Positions 53,676 through 64,000 of a stretch of DNA of 64,000 nucleotides are shown here, piece by piece. A program made the position numbers and the translations under genes. The notes under the pieces are model-generated. The model was not told the DNA's origin. It saw only the letters and a list, made by a program, of their open reading frames with translations, and ran no database searches. The DNA lies in contig OX597820.1 of the NCBI GenBank assembly GCA_951406725.2, positions 113,150,001 through 113,214,000 on the forward strand. Direction: 5' to 3'. Each line of letters opens with the position of its first letter. Position 1 is the first letter of the stretch. This DNA comes from Octopus vulgaris (lineage: Eukaryota).

Positions 53676-53912
53676 TCCTCTCTCAAACAATTTTAGTTAT
53701 TCTGAGGTAGTAACTGACTGTTCATACCTTATGAGTCACCAGCACTGGCTAATGAAAAAGCTCCCCATTCTATGATTCCCCTTCCTCCATGCTTTACAGT
53801 TGTCAAGATACTCTCTTCATGGAATCTCTCACTAAATCCCTGAAGGAAATGTCTGTAACATCACTTATCATTATCATTTAACATCCATCTACCAAGCTGG
53901 CATGAATTAGAC

Positions 53913-54572
53913 CAGCAGTTCTCAGCTGGGGTCAACACAATCCTTAGGGTGTCCATATACTCTTTTTACTCTATTACTTGTTTCAGTCATTTGACTGCGG
54001 CCATGCTGGAGCACCGCCTTTAATCGAGCAACTCGACCCCGGGACTTATTCTTTTGTAAGCTCAGTACTTATTCTATCGGTCTCTTTTGCCGAACCACTA
54101 AGTAACGGGGACATAAACACACCAGCATCGGTTGTCAAGCAATGCTAGGGGGACAAACACGGACACACAAACACACACACATACATATATATATATATAC
54201 ATATATACGACGGGCTTCTTTCAGTTTCCGTCTATCAAATCCACTCACAAGGCTTTGGTCGGCCCGAGGCTATAGTAGAAGACACTTGCCCAAGGTGCCA
54301 CACAGTAGGATTGAACCCGGAACCATGTGGTTGGTAAACAAGCTACTTACCACAAAGCCACTCCTGTGCCTATATGTGATTTTATGTGCAGTAAATTGTA
54401 TACACTTTTGCAATGCGCAAAATATTTTAATTTTGTTTTATATGATTTCTAATAATATTTAATTATAAAAATACTGTAGGATTTTTTATATATACTGAAT
54501 GGCTATGGAGGTCCAGTAGAGTAAGATAGGAACCAAAGGGGTGTATAGGCAAAAAATGGTTGAGAACCACCG
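53913..54572. mobile_element. hAT-Charlie-like MITE with nested SINE B (~53960-54372)
   Basis: TIRs cagcagttctcagc / gttgagaaccaccg. Flanks aattagac / ggttagat share a TTAGA core. Confidence 0.65.
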
Positions 54573-55049
54573 GGTTAGATGATTTGATTGGATCCAACAA
54601 GCAGAAGAATACTATCAAGTCCCATGCCTGCATCTGACATGGTTTCTACAGCTGAAGGACCTTCCTAATGCCTATCGCTTTGCAGAATATACTGAGTATA
54701 TACTCAACATGAGTGAACTTACAAAGAATACAAAGAAAGCCCTCTCAAATGGGTGGGATTGTAGCTGGGGAAGCAGTGGCATCATGCTGAAGTATGACAG
54801 AGGAATAGACACTGGTGTCTCACTATAGAAGAGATACATGGCGACCTTACATTATAGAGGTGTGTTTAGGAGTAACTGAAAAGGAGACAGAGATGTTGGT
54901 GAGGATTTCGAATCATACTTTCATGATAGAAGTTGAGTATAAAAGAAAATACAGCCAGAGTATGAGGAAGTGTGGGTTCATAAGAGTGTTGTGGATAGGG
55001 GTAGAGGTTAATGCAGTACAAGGGTGGAGGTGTGGCCAATCTTTCATCT

Positions 55050-55325
55050 TTTGTTTGTTTCAATCATTTGATTGTGGCCATGCTGGGGCACTACCTTGAA
55101 AGGAACAAACACAAAGACACACATACACACACACACATACAATCACACACACATACACATACATATGATGGGCTTCAGTTACCATCTACCAAATTCACTC
55201 AAAAAGCTTTGGTTGGCCCGAGACTATAGTAGAAGACACTTGCGAAAGTGCCACACAGTGGGACTGAACCCAGAACCATGTGGTTGAGAAGCAAGCTTCT
55301 TACTACACAACCAAACCTAGGCCTA
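55050..55325 (-). mobile_element. SINE family B, internally deleted
   Basis: Family-B head and tail present. Confidence 0.75.
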
Positions 55326-55889
55326 TAAGGACAATTGTAAAAGAAATACCTCAAGAAGGAGCTCATCCCTAAAAAACTAGAATCTTGATTCATCACTCAA
55401 GAAGAATTTCTAAAAACATTCTCAATCAGTCACCATAAGTGACCTCTTCCAACTTGTGCACTAAGCCCTTAATGTTTTCCTTGATTAAAAGGGGCTTCTG
55501 ATCCATCTTTTTGCTGCAAAACCAGGAAATTTCAAACCTCTTTGTGGAGAAACTGTAGAGTGATTCGTAAAAGAACACACATTTGATATGTAAATGTGTA
55601 TGTATGTGTATATTATGCAGGTGTGTGTGGGCGTGTGTATTTGTGTGTGTGCATATGTGTGTGTGTGTGTGCATGTACATGTGTGAATGCATGTTTGTGT
55701 GTGTGCATGCATGTGTGAGTGCATTTATATGAGTGTGCATGTATGTGTATGTGCATGCGTGTACATATATGTGTGTGCATGTGTGTGTGTGTATGTATAT
55801 GTGCATGTGTATGTGCATGTATACACATGTGTGTGTAATGAAATTACATGTGTAATATAAATATATATATGTATACTCTTTTTTTTTTT

Positions 55890-56166
55890 TTTTTTTACTT
55901 GTTTCAGTCATTTGACTGCGGCCATGCTGGAGCACCACCTTCAATCGAGCAACTCGACCCCAGGACTTATTCTTTTGTAAGCCCAGTACTTATTCTATCG
56001 GTCTCTTTTGCCGAACCGCTAAGTAACGGGGACATAAACACACCAGCATCGGCTGTCAAGCAATGCTAGGGGAACAAACACACACGCATATATATATATA
56101 CATATATACGACGGGCTTCTTTCAGTTTCCGTCTACCAAATCCACTCACAAGGCTTTGGTCGGCCC
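55890..56166 (-). mobile_element. SINE family B, 5'-truncated
   Basis: Near-identical to 53975-54265. Confidence 0.88.
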
Positions 56167-56632
56167 ATATATATATATATATAATTAATCTCCCTCTAAT
56201 TAATGCTTCGGATTTTACCGAAATAAGCATAGCGTTTGATGATTTTAACCCACGCTGGTGGAAAGGGGAGAACAGAAATTCTTCGCTTGCTTATTTGGGT
56301 TTGTTGGCACTGTTAGTTACGAGCGGATCTTCGAAAGGGTATGTTCTTACTTTCAGTGTTTCCAAATCCAAACCAAGGAGTTTCTGAGCTGATGATAGAA
56401 GTGTTGTTTTGACTAATCTTGAAACGTACGTTCTCAAATAACCTTAGCATTTGATTTTTAATGTCCTTACCCCCAAACTTTTGTGAGTTGAATTAAGCAA
56501 ACGCTATATATGAGAGAGATTTTCTTTAAGTATTAGAAATAGCTTTAAAAAAGTTGTTTGGCTGCTATTTCTAATGAGTTCAGTATGCGGCAAAGTAATT
56601 TATTTTACTAAGCCCTTTTATATAATGTAATA

Positions 56633-56673
<41 letters not shown>

Positions 56674-56934
56674 CACATATATATATAAATATTGTATGTA
56701 TGCAGGTTGATAGTTAAATAGAAACAGAGAGAGGTGAATAGATGTACATATATGTATGTTTTGCAGCTATGATGCAAATGGTTGAATGATTGTTATATAT
56801 GTTTAATTAGTACTTTAAAATCACAGTATTAATTTACCAAAAAATGTTCCAATATAATTTACCAAGCACTGAAAGCCTTACATGTAAATATAACTTTAGT
56901 AGAAATTCTTTTGTCCAATATTGTGAGTAAAATT

Positions 56935-57027
<93 letters not shown>

Positions 57028-57161
57028 CTATCTCTATCTCTCTCGTCACTTGGTCTCTTCTCTTTACATGTATTTATAATAAACTTTTGCTTTTCCTACT
57101 GAAATTTTTTTTATCAAGGCCACAGAAAAAGTAACCTATATTATGTAAGTTCTACCTGTCA

Positions 57162-57310
57162 CAGGCAAGGCTGTATGGTAAGAAATTTATTTTCCAGCCA
57201 CATGGTTCTGGGTTCAGTTCTACTTTGTGCATGTGTCTTCTAGTACAACCTCATACTGACTGCCTTGTGAGTGGATCTGGGAGACAGAAACTGAAAGAGG
57301 CTTGTCGTGT

Positions 57311-57365
<55 letters not shown>

Positions 57366-57552
57366 TCCCCCACCACAGCTTCACAACTGGTTTCGGTGTG
57401 TTTATGACCCCATAGCTTAGTGGTTCAACAAAAAGACCAACAGAATAAGTACTAGCCTTAAAAAAAGTCATTGGGTTGATTCCTTTGGTTAAAATTCTTC
57501 AAGGCAGTGCCCCAGCATGGCCACAGTTTAATGACTAAAACAAGTAAAAGAT
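57162..57552 (+). mobile_element. SINE family B, older copy
   Basis: ggctgtatggtaag...ggttcagttc...cagcatggccacag...aaacaagtaaaag. Confidence 0.8.
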
Positions 57553-58217
57553 ACGTGACAATTGTTGGTTTGTCAGCTGCATTCTCTAGTCCTACTTCAC
57601 ATCATATAGAGAAAAGGAGAGACAGAGAGAGAGAGAGAGAGAAAGTAAATAGGGGTTACATAGAGAGTTAGCACAAGTGTTGTAAGATGAGTGTACGTAC
57701 TAGGCTTGATGACAGTCACTGAGTAAATGCTTACCCTCACACACACACACACACAGCAAGAGAAAAAATCTTAGAGACAGAGGAGAAGAGAGAATACACA
57801 CATGTAGATGTGTGCGTGTGTGCGGGTATGTGCGTATATAGATGTGTGCTTGTGGGCGTGCATGTGAGTACGTGCGTATATAGACGTGTCTTACACATTG
57901 TTTTTTTTACACGTTTTCCTGTATTTTTGCCTTTAACTCTGGTTTTTCCTGTGTATATCCGCGTATAGACGTGTGTATGAATTTTTTTGTGCGCGTGTGT
58001 GTGTGCGTATATAGAGGGTATGCGCGTATATACGCGTGTGTGTGTGTGCGTGCATACGGGTATGTGCGTACATAGACGTGGTATACTCTTTGTATAATCC
58101 CTTACAACTTTTTCTGTATTGTTACCCTTAGCCCTGTTTTTTCTTGTGTTTGTGCGTATATAGACGAGCGTATGAACCTTTATGGTGCGCGTGTGTGTGT
58201 GTGTCGGTTTGTATGTG

Positions 58218-58251
<34 letters not shown>

Positions 58252-58526
58252 CATTTGGCGAATGGTGCGGGTGAGGTTGTATACGTTTTTAGTGAAGGTG
58301 GATGAATGTATACTTTTAGGCGCATGCATGTGGGTGTATTGGCGCGCATGTGTAGGTATGAACATGCGCGCTTACGCGAATACTATGAACTTTTTACCCC
58401 CTTACTTTTACTCCCTCCCCTCACTTAGCGGTCATTCAAATAGCTCCTTTGTCTTAATAACGGTCAATCACACAGTAATTTCCCTTTGTATAACGGTCAT
58501 TTTTCATAGTATTTTTCCGATGGCCG

Positions 58527-58587
58527 GATAACTGAAGAGATGGCGGCGTGGATTTCCACCTCGGCATCCGAAACTCGGAGTTTTATC
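58527..58587 (+). ncRNA. Type I hammerhead ribozyme motif with long stem II
   Basis: gataa CTGAAGA gatg...gtgga tt tccac...gcatcc GAAA ctc g gag TT ttatc. Confidence 0.78.
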
Positions 58588-58691
58588 ATGGCTGCCGAAT
58601 AATTGTCACATATTACATTTACAGATAAATTCCTCTATTTACATAATATCGAGGTCTCTTTCTTTCTTTTGTTATCTTACCATTTTTATCA

Positions 58692-58740
<49 letters not shown>

Positions 58741-58742
<2 letters not shown>

Positions 58743-58911
58743 ATATAGGACAATCAATTAGTTGTCATAATAATACTCTGAGTTTTAGATGCCGCGGCTA
58801 AAAGATATCCTCACCAGCATTTTTGTCTTAATAACTGATGAGGATGTCTTTTAGCTCAGGCATCTGAAACTCTGAGTATTATTTTGACAACTAACTGATT
58901 GTCCTATATTA
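58741..58911. repeat. 77-bp imperfect inverted repeat (58741-58817 / 58835-58911) duplicating the hammerhead
   Basis: taatataggacaatc...cctcaccag vs ctgatgagg...gattgtcctatatta, with a 17-bp spacer. Confidence 0.92.
58830..58883 (+). ncRNA. Type I hammerhead ribozyme motif, canonical core
   Basis: aataa CTGATGA ggatgtct...aggcatct GAAA ctc t gag TA ttatt. Confidence 0.85.
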
Positions 58912-59134
58912 CATTTACAGATAAATTCCTCTATTTACATAATATCGAGGTCTCATTCATTCTTTTGTTGTCATATTATTATTATTAATATACACACATA
59001 TATAAAGTGTACATATATATATACAGATATAGATACATGCACTTATATGTGCATATATATGCATATATATGTATACATATAGGCACACATATATGTATAC
59101 ATGTATGCGTGTGTGTGTGCATCAGCAGCAGCAG

Positions 59135-59695
59135 CCCGCCCTAGAAGTCCAACCCCTCCTCATCGTGGTAGGACGGTGAACGGGTGTGTCAGGGCTATGC
59201 CGTCGGGAACCTCAGTTCCTGGTAGGGCCACCCAAGGCGGATTTGCCTTGCACCCAGCCGTATTAGGGCCGCTACTCGGCCAACGGGGCTCTGGTGAAAA
59301 TCCAGGAGGCGTCGTCATCAGGAAACAGCGGCTCCTGGTCGTCCTGGCTGCGTCGTGGTGAATCTTCGACAAGCAAGGCCGGTGGGAGATGCGTCCTTCG
59401 CAAATGGAGAGAGGACAGCAAGCTACTTCAAGCATGTTCGACCTCTACTCCTCAGTGCATGATGGGCGTACCTCCTCCCTGACTTCCTACGCAACCGCTG
59501 AGCCTGGATGCGCATTCATCAATCCGTCGATGCTCTCGGTGTCGGGGGGTTGACCCGCTTTCTCTTCTGCGGGTCTTACGAATAGCAAAGGACCACGTTT
59601 CGGACTTCTCCCACTACAGACAATCCTGAGGCGCGATCTTGCGAGCTCTGGGACGAAGATCGCTTCGCTCAACAAACAAACAAACAAACAAACAA
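59135..59695 (+). mobile_element. GC-rich non-coding retroposon with RTE-like 5' UTR and (AAAC)n tail, inserted in (CAG)n
   Basis: cctcatcgtggtagg...gctatgccgtc...cctggtagggccacccaaggcgg resembles RTE/BovB 5' UTR motifs. (CAG)n on both sides. Confidence 0.65.
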
Positions 59696-60239
59696 GCAGC
59701 AGCAGCAGCAGCAGCAGCAGCATTTTGCTGCTTACTTTCCCTTGCTTGCATGGGTTAAATAGAATTTGTGTTGGGAAACTTTCTACAGCTGGATACCCTT
59801 CGTCACCTTTTCCAAACAAAGCGATCCTTTCACGGTCGATAAAATAAGTTCCAGTTGATCACTGGAGTCGATGTAATTGAATTCTCTCCCCAAAAATTGC
59901 TGGCCTCGTGCCAAAATTTGAAATCATTATCAATAATAATCACCATCAATACTTGTTTAAGTTCTACCTTAAGTTATGTAATGAAGTATGTTGAAGATTT
60001 GCAACCAATTAGCCACAGCATATAATGAGACAATTTATATCTGTCTACACATGACCATACCATGAGCCAACAAGGAAGCCTCTATATAACCGTTTTTTCC
60101 TTAGATAAAACAACTAATCTCTCTGAAATTACAACCACCACCTTTTGCAAGGAAGGCGTAAGTTCATTAATGTACATCTACTAGTGAACACAGGTTTACT
60201 TAGCCAGGGTTGACCTTCGACCAAACAGCAATTAACAGT

Positions 60240-60284
<45 letters not shown>

Positions 60285-60433
60285 GTCGTCGTCCTTCAAT
60301 GTTTGGTTTCCGTGCTTGAATGTGGTATCTAAGCACATACACACATACACATTCATGCATACACACGAACTCATGTATACATGCATACAAGCATACATAC
60401 ATCTACCCACATAAATATATACATATTCATTAA

Positions 60434-60628
60434 AGGTATGAGATGTGGGGTACAGGAGAGACGACTGCGCTGGTATGGTCATGTATTGCGTATGAACGAG
60501 GACAGCTGTGTAAAGAAGTGCCGATCTCTAACTGTGGAGGGAACCTGTGGTGAAGATAGACCCAGGAAGACATGGGACGAGGTGTTGAAGCATGATCTTC
60601 GAACGCTGAGCCTCATGGATGCAATGAC
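60434..60628 (+). mobile_element. RTE LINE 3' ORF fragment
   Basis: VQERRLRWYGHVLRMNEDSCVKK...VEG...RPRKTWDEVLKHDL. Confidence 0.82.
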
Positions 60629-60695
60629 AAATACGGCTAAGCATTTCGCCCGGCGTGCTAACGTTTCTGCCAGCTCACCGCGATACCAGTGACAC

Positions 60696-60768
60696 GTGAC
60701 ACGTAACCGGCACCCACGCCGGTGACACGTAACCGGCACCCATGCCGGTGACACGTAAAATGCACCCA
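60696..60768. repeat. 26-bp tandem repeat (x~2.8) within family D-like element
   Basis: gtgacacgtaaccggcacccacgccg at 60696, 60722 and 60748. Confidence 0.85.
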
Positions 60769-61584
60769 TTACACATTTAGTGTGTTTGGCATTTGGAAGG
60801 GCATGGCGAATCAGACTGCAGTCTGGTGAAGCTCTCTAGCTTACTAGTTTCAGTCAAACTGTCTAACCCATGCCAGCAAGAAAAGCAAGAGCTAAATGAT
60901 GATGATGATGATGATTCATACACACATGTCATACATACATGCACATTCACACATTCATACATATGTTCATGCATCTATATACATGGACATTCACGTGTGC
61001 ATCTACACATGCATGCATACGCACATAAGCAGACGTGCATACATATTTAATAATGGGTTTCTTGCAGTTTCCGTCTGCCAAATCCACTCAGCTGTGATCA
61101 GCTCAAGGCTTTAGTAAAAGAATGTTCATTTTAATGTCAGCGCCATCACATTTAGCCAGGCAGGAAGAAAGTTATTATTCACAGAATCACAGATTCAAGT
61201 AAAGAACTTCACTGAAATTAATGGTAACGAATGCCACCACTTCTCAACTAAACTATTCATATCACAACTTCTCTATTTGCTGCAGCTTTGTTATGTCTTA
61301 GACACCAGACACAGATAGCCTCCATATTGTGGTTATATATAACTCTGCCAGTCATTTGAAGACCAACAGCTGCAACAGCCTCCTACATTCGACCTTTAAT
61401 CAAACAAGTCCAGAGTTGCCTGGAGTCAAGGAAAAGCTGACTTGAATGTGAAACTCTTTCATCGTTGGGGAGTGTTACGTTTGTAAGATAAGAACGAGAA
61501 AGAAGCAACAGTCTGTTTCCTTCAATTACAATGGAAACGGTGGTTAGTGGACAACTGTAGCCTGGTGGTGATGAGGATATAAGC

Positions 61585-61756
61585 TGGACATGGCTGTGTG
61601 GGAGCTTGCTTCCCAACCGTGTGGTCTTCGGTTCAGTCCCACTGCATGGCATCTTCTACTATAGCCCTCGGCCAACCAATGCCTTGTGAGTGGATTTGGT
61701 AGACAGAAACTGAAAGAAGCTCGTTTTGTGTGTGTGTGCGTGTGCTGTGTGTGTGC

Positions 61757-61821
<65 letters not shown>

Positions 61822-61935
61822 TGTGTGTTTGTGTGTGTTTGTGTGTTTGTGTGTGTGTGTGCGCGCGTGCGTGTGCTCTGTGTGTTTGTGTGTGTGTGTA
61901 TGTGTGCTGTATTTGTCCTACACCAACGCTCGACA
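61585..61935 (+). mobile_element. SINE family B with expanded (TG)n
   Basis: Family-B head and body. Confidence 0.8.
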
Positions 61936-62379
61936 ACTCTGATAATTTGATGTCCTTTCTTGGATGATGCAACGAAATCATTTCCTATTAATCCCTGCGC
62001 GCTCGCACATTAATCCCACATTAGATATACTTAAAGTTGTGCTTCTTAAATTCAGTGCATATAATTACATAGCGACAAATAAACTGCCTTGGATTTTATC
62101 GTCAACCAATACATTGTCTATAAAATCATCAAGACAAGCGTTGTACATTTTCATCTGTATACACATCACAAAACATGTAATATATATATATAAAGGAGAG
62201 CTGGCAGAATCGTGAGCAAACCGGGCAACACGCTTAGAATCATCTATAACTTGCAGTAAACAACATTTATTAAACATTATTACTGTTATTTCTTTGTTTT
62301 CTGCAAACAAAATGCACAAATAAGCTACACGTTTCAATTATGTTATATATACAATAATAATAAAGGACTTTACTGTATA

Positions 62380-62535
62380 CATTTTTACAAACCAAGGACG
62401 TTATATAGACCTCCTTGACTCAAGTTAGAGAAGGGGTGCGTATTATACACAAGGTTTAGGTTTTTCAGAGGTACAGCCTCCTAAAAATCCTCTGCGTATT
62501 ATACTCAAGGGCGGACTATACTCGAGGATTTACGG
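62380..62535. mobile_element. Tc1/mariner-superfamily (Tc2/Tigger-like) terminal remnant
   Basis: Subterminal gcgtattatac repeats and end gcggactatactcgaggatttacgg|TA. Confidence 0.55.
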
Positions 62536-63228
62536 TAGTTATAGTATCATGAAACTATTAGTAGCTCTTTCGGTTGTGTAATGTGTGTGTACAGACGCGT
62601 ATTAAAATACTTTCCGCAATAAACATACGCTGGAATTAAAATGCTCCGCGGAGTCTCTGACATGAGGTATGGGCACTCAGTACCGTGTGTAATGCTTCAT
62701 ATAATCAAAGTGATTACGTAACACCTGTTCTTTTTGTCATTCGAAAATTGAGATATATAACGTTCTATACATAATGCTTGTAACTAGGATTATGTAAGTT
62801 TAGAAAAATCGTAATTTGTCTGGTCAAAAGACGAACTATTTATATGTACGGATTTTGTATTATAATATTTCATAGACATAACACGTAGGCAAGGAGATTT
62901 ACTGAAATAAAACGGTTGTGACATCGGTAATCCGAATAACCGAGAACATCTGCGGAAAACTTTCTGTATGAGAATTCAATAGACTTATCTCTCTTTTACA
63001 CGTGTGTGTGTGTGTGAAACTCAGAGACGCTGATGCGAAAGTGGAGAACGAACAAAGAGGACGAGAGCAGATCTCAGGCAATGATCAGGAAATTATCAGT
63101 TTGTCTTATTATTGAAGCAAGAAGTGAACCGAAATAATTTCTTTGAGCTTGTTGACTATAAAATTTAAAACCTGGCTCCAGTATCCGAATTAAGAAATAG
63201 GCGTCGTTTCATTTTGATTCATTATAAG

Positions 63229-63361
<133 letters not shown>

Positions 63362-63534
63362 AGATAAATGAACAAATGACGTAATGCCCTATATACAATA
63401 AGTGATCAGGCTGATTTATAAAAAACAATTTTAATCCCTTATATTTTATAAAATTTAATACCAAATATTAATAAACATGTAACTTCATTATTCTCTGGTG
63501 TGATTACTTACATTCATGCTTCTCAATATTGTAA

Positions 63535-63830
63535 TTGTGGAGGCACATGGCCTAGTGGTTAGAGCAGCGGACTCGGGATCGCGGGTTCGAATCTCAGACC
63601 GGGCGATGTGTGTGTTTATGAGCGAAACACCTAAGCTCCACGTGGCTCCGGCAGAAGGTAATGGTGAAACTTCTGCTGACTCTTTCGCCACAACTTTCTC
63701 TAACGCTTTCCTCCTGCATCTTGCAGCTCACCTGCGATGGACCGGCGTCCCGTCCAGGTGGGGAACCTATACGTCGGGAAACCGGCCGTAATGAGCCAGG
63801 CGTGGCTCGAGAAGGAACAAATAAAACAAC
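63535..63830 (+). mobile_element. SINE family C variant with a third tail type
   Basis: ggaggcacatggcctagtggttagagc...ggttcgaatctc...gagcgaaacacctaagctccacg...caactttctct, then an unrelated tail ending in (AAC)-rich sequence. Confidence 0.78.
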
Positions 63831-64000
63831 AAAATATTGTAATTAGGGTCTTCGTGGACTTTGCAGTTAAAGTAAAATACACAACTACTATTTCTGTTAC
63901 CAATCATAAAAAATAAACCGAGAGATATTTTATGCGATCCACCCTACACCTGACAGGTGTCAACTAATTTTGCAAGGTGTCTTCATAAATCAAATCACTT

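Noticed and set aside
55420-55560. Possible minus-strand exon after ...ctctacag
   Set aside because: Short, no recognisable homology and no strong donor site.
60696-60768. CRISPR-like short repeats (also 43441-43620)
   Set aside because: Head-to-tail tandem repeats without unique spacers, eukaryotic context and no cas genes.

Overview
Eukaryotic, AT-rich and extremely microsatellite-dense DNA. No host protein-coding gene, rRNA, genuine tRNA or CRISPR array can be supported. The SINE families and the density of (TA)n/(CA)n/(CATA)n tracts suggest an octopus-type (coleoid cephalopod) intergenic or intronic region; this is inference. Almost all recognisable content is transposable-element derived. 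DNA transposons: two mariners (D,D34D visible in one), a DD37E (TRT-type) and a DD36E (Incomer-type) Tc1-like element, hAT-type MITEs, and two Helitrons, one hosting a nested Hero-clade RLE LINE and a full-length mariner. Retroelements: two Penelope-like (GIY-YIG) elements, CR1, RTE and CRE LINE remnants, at least four SINE families and a possible solo LTR. The most notable non-obvious signal is nine minimal type I hammerhead-ribozyme motifs, intact or degenerate. They lie in short (~160-250 bp) units embedded in (TA)n tracts. Some units are homologous to the 3' pseudo-LTR of the Penelope element, two sit in inverted head-to-head arrangements, and one subfamily carries a recurrent non-canonical CUGU core. 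Most ORFs in the supplied track are microsatellite artefacts.
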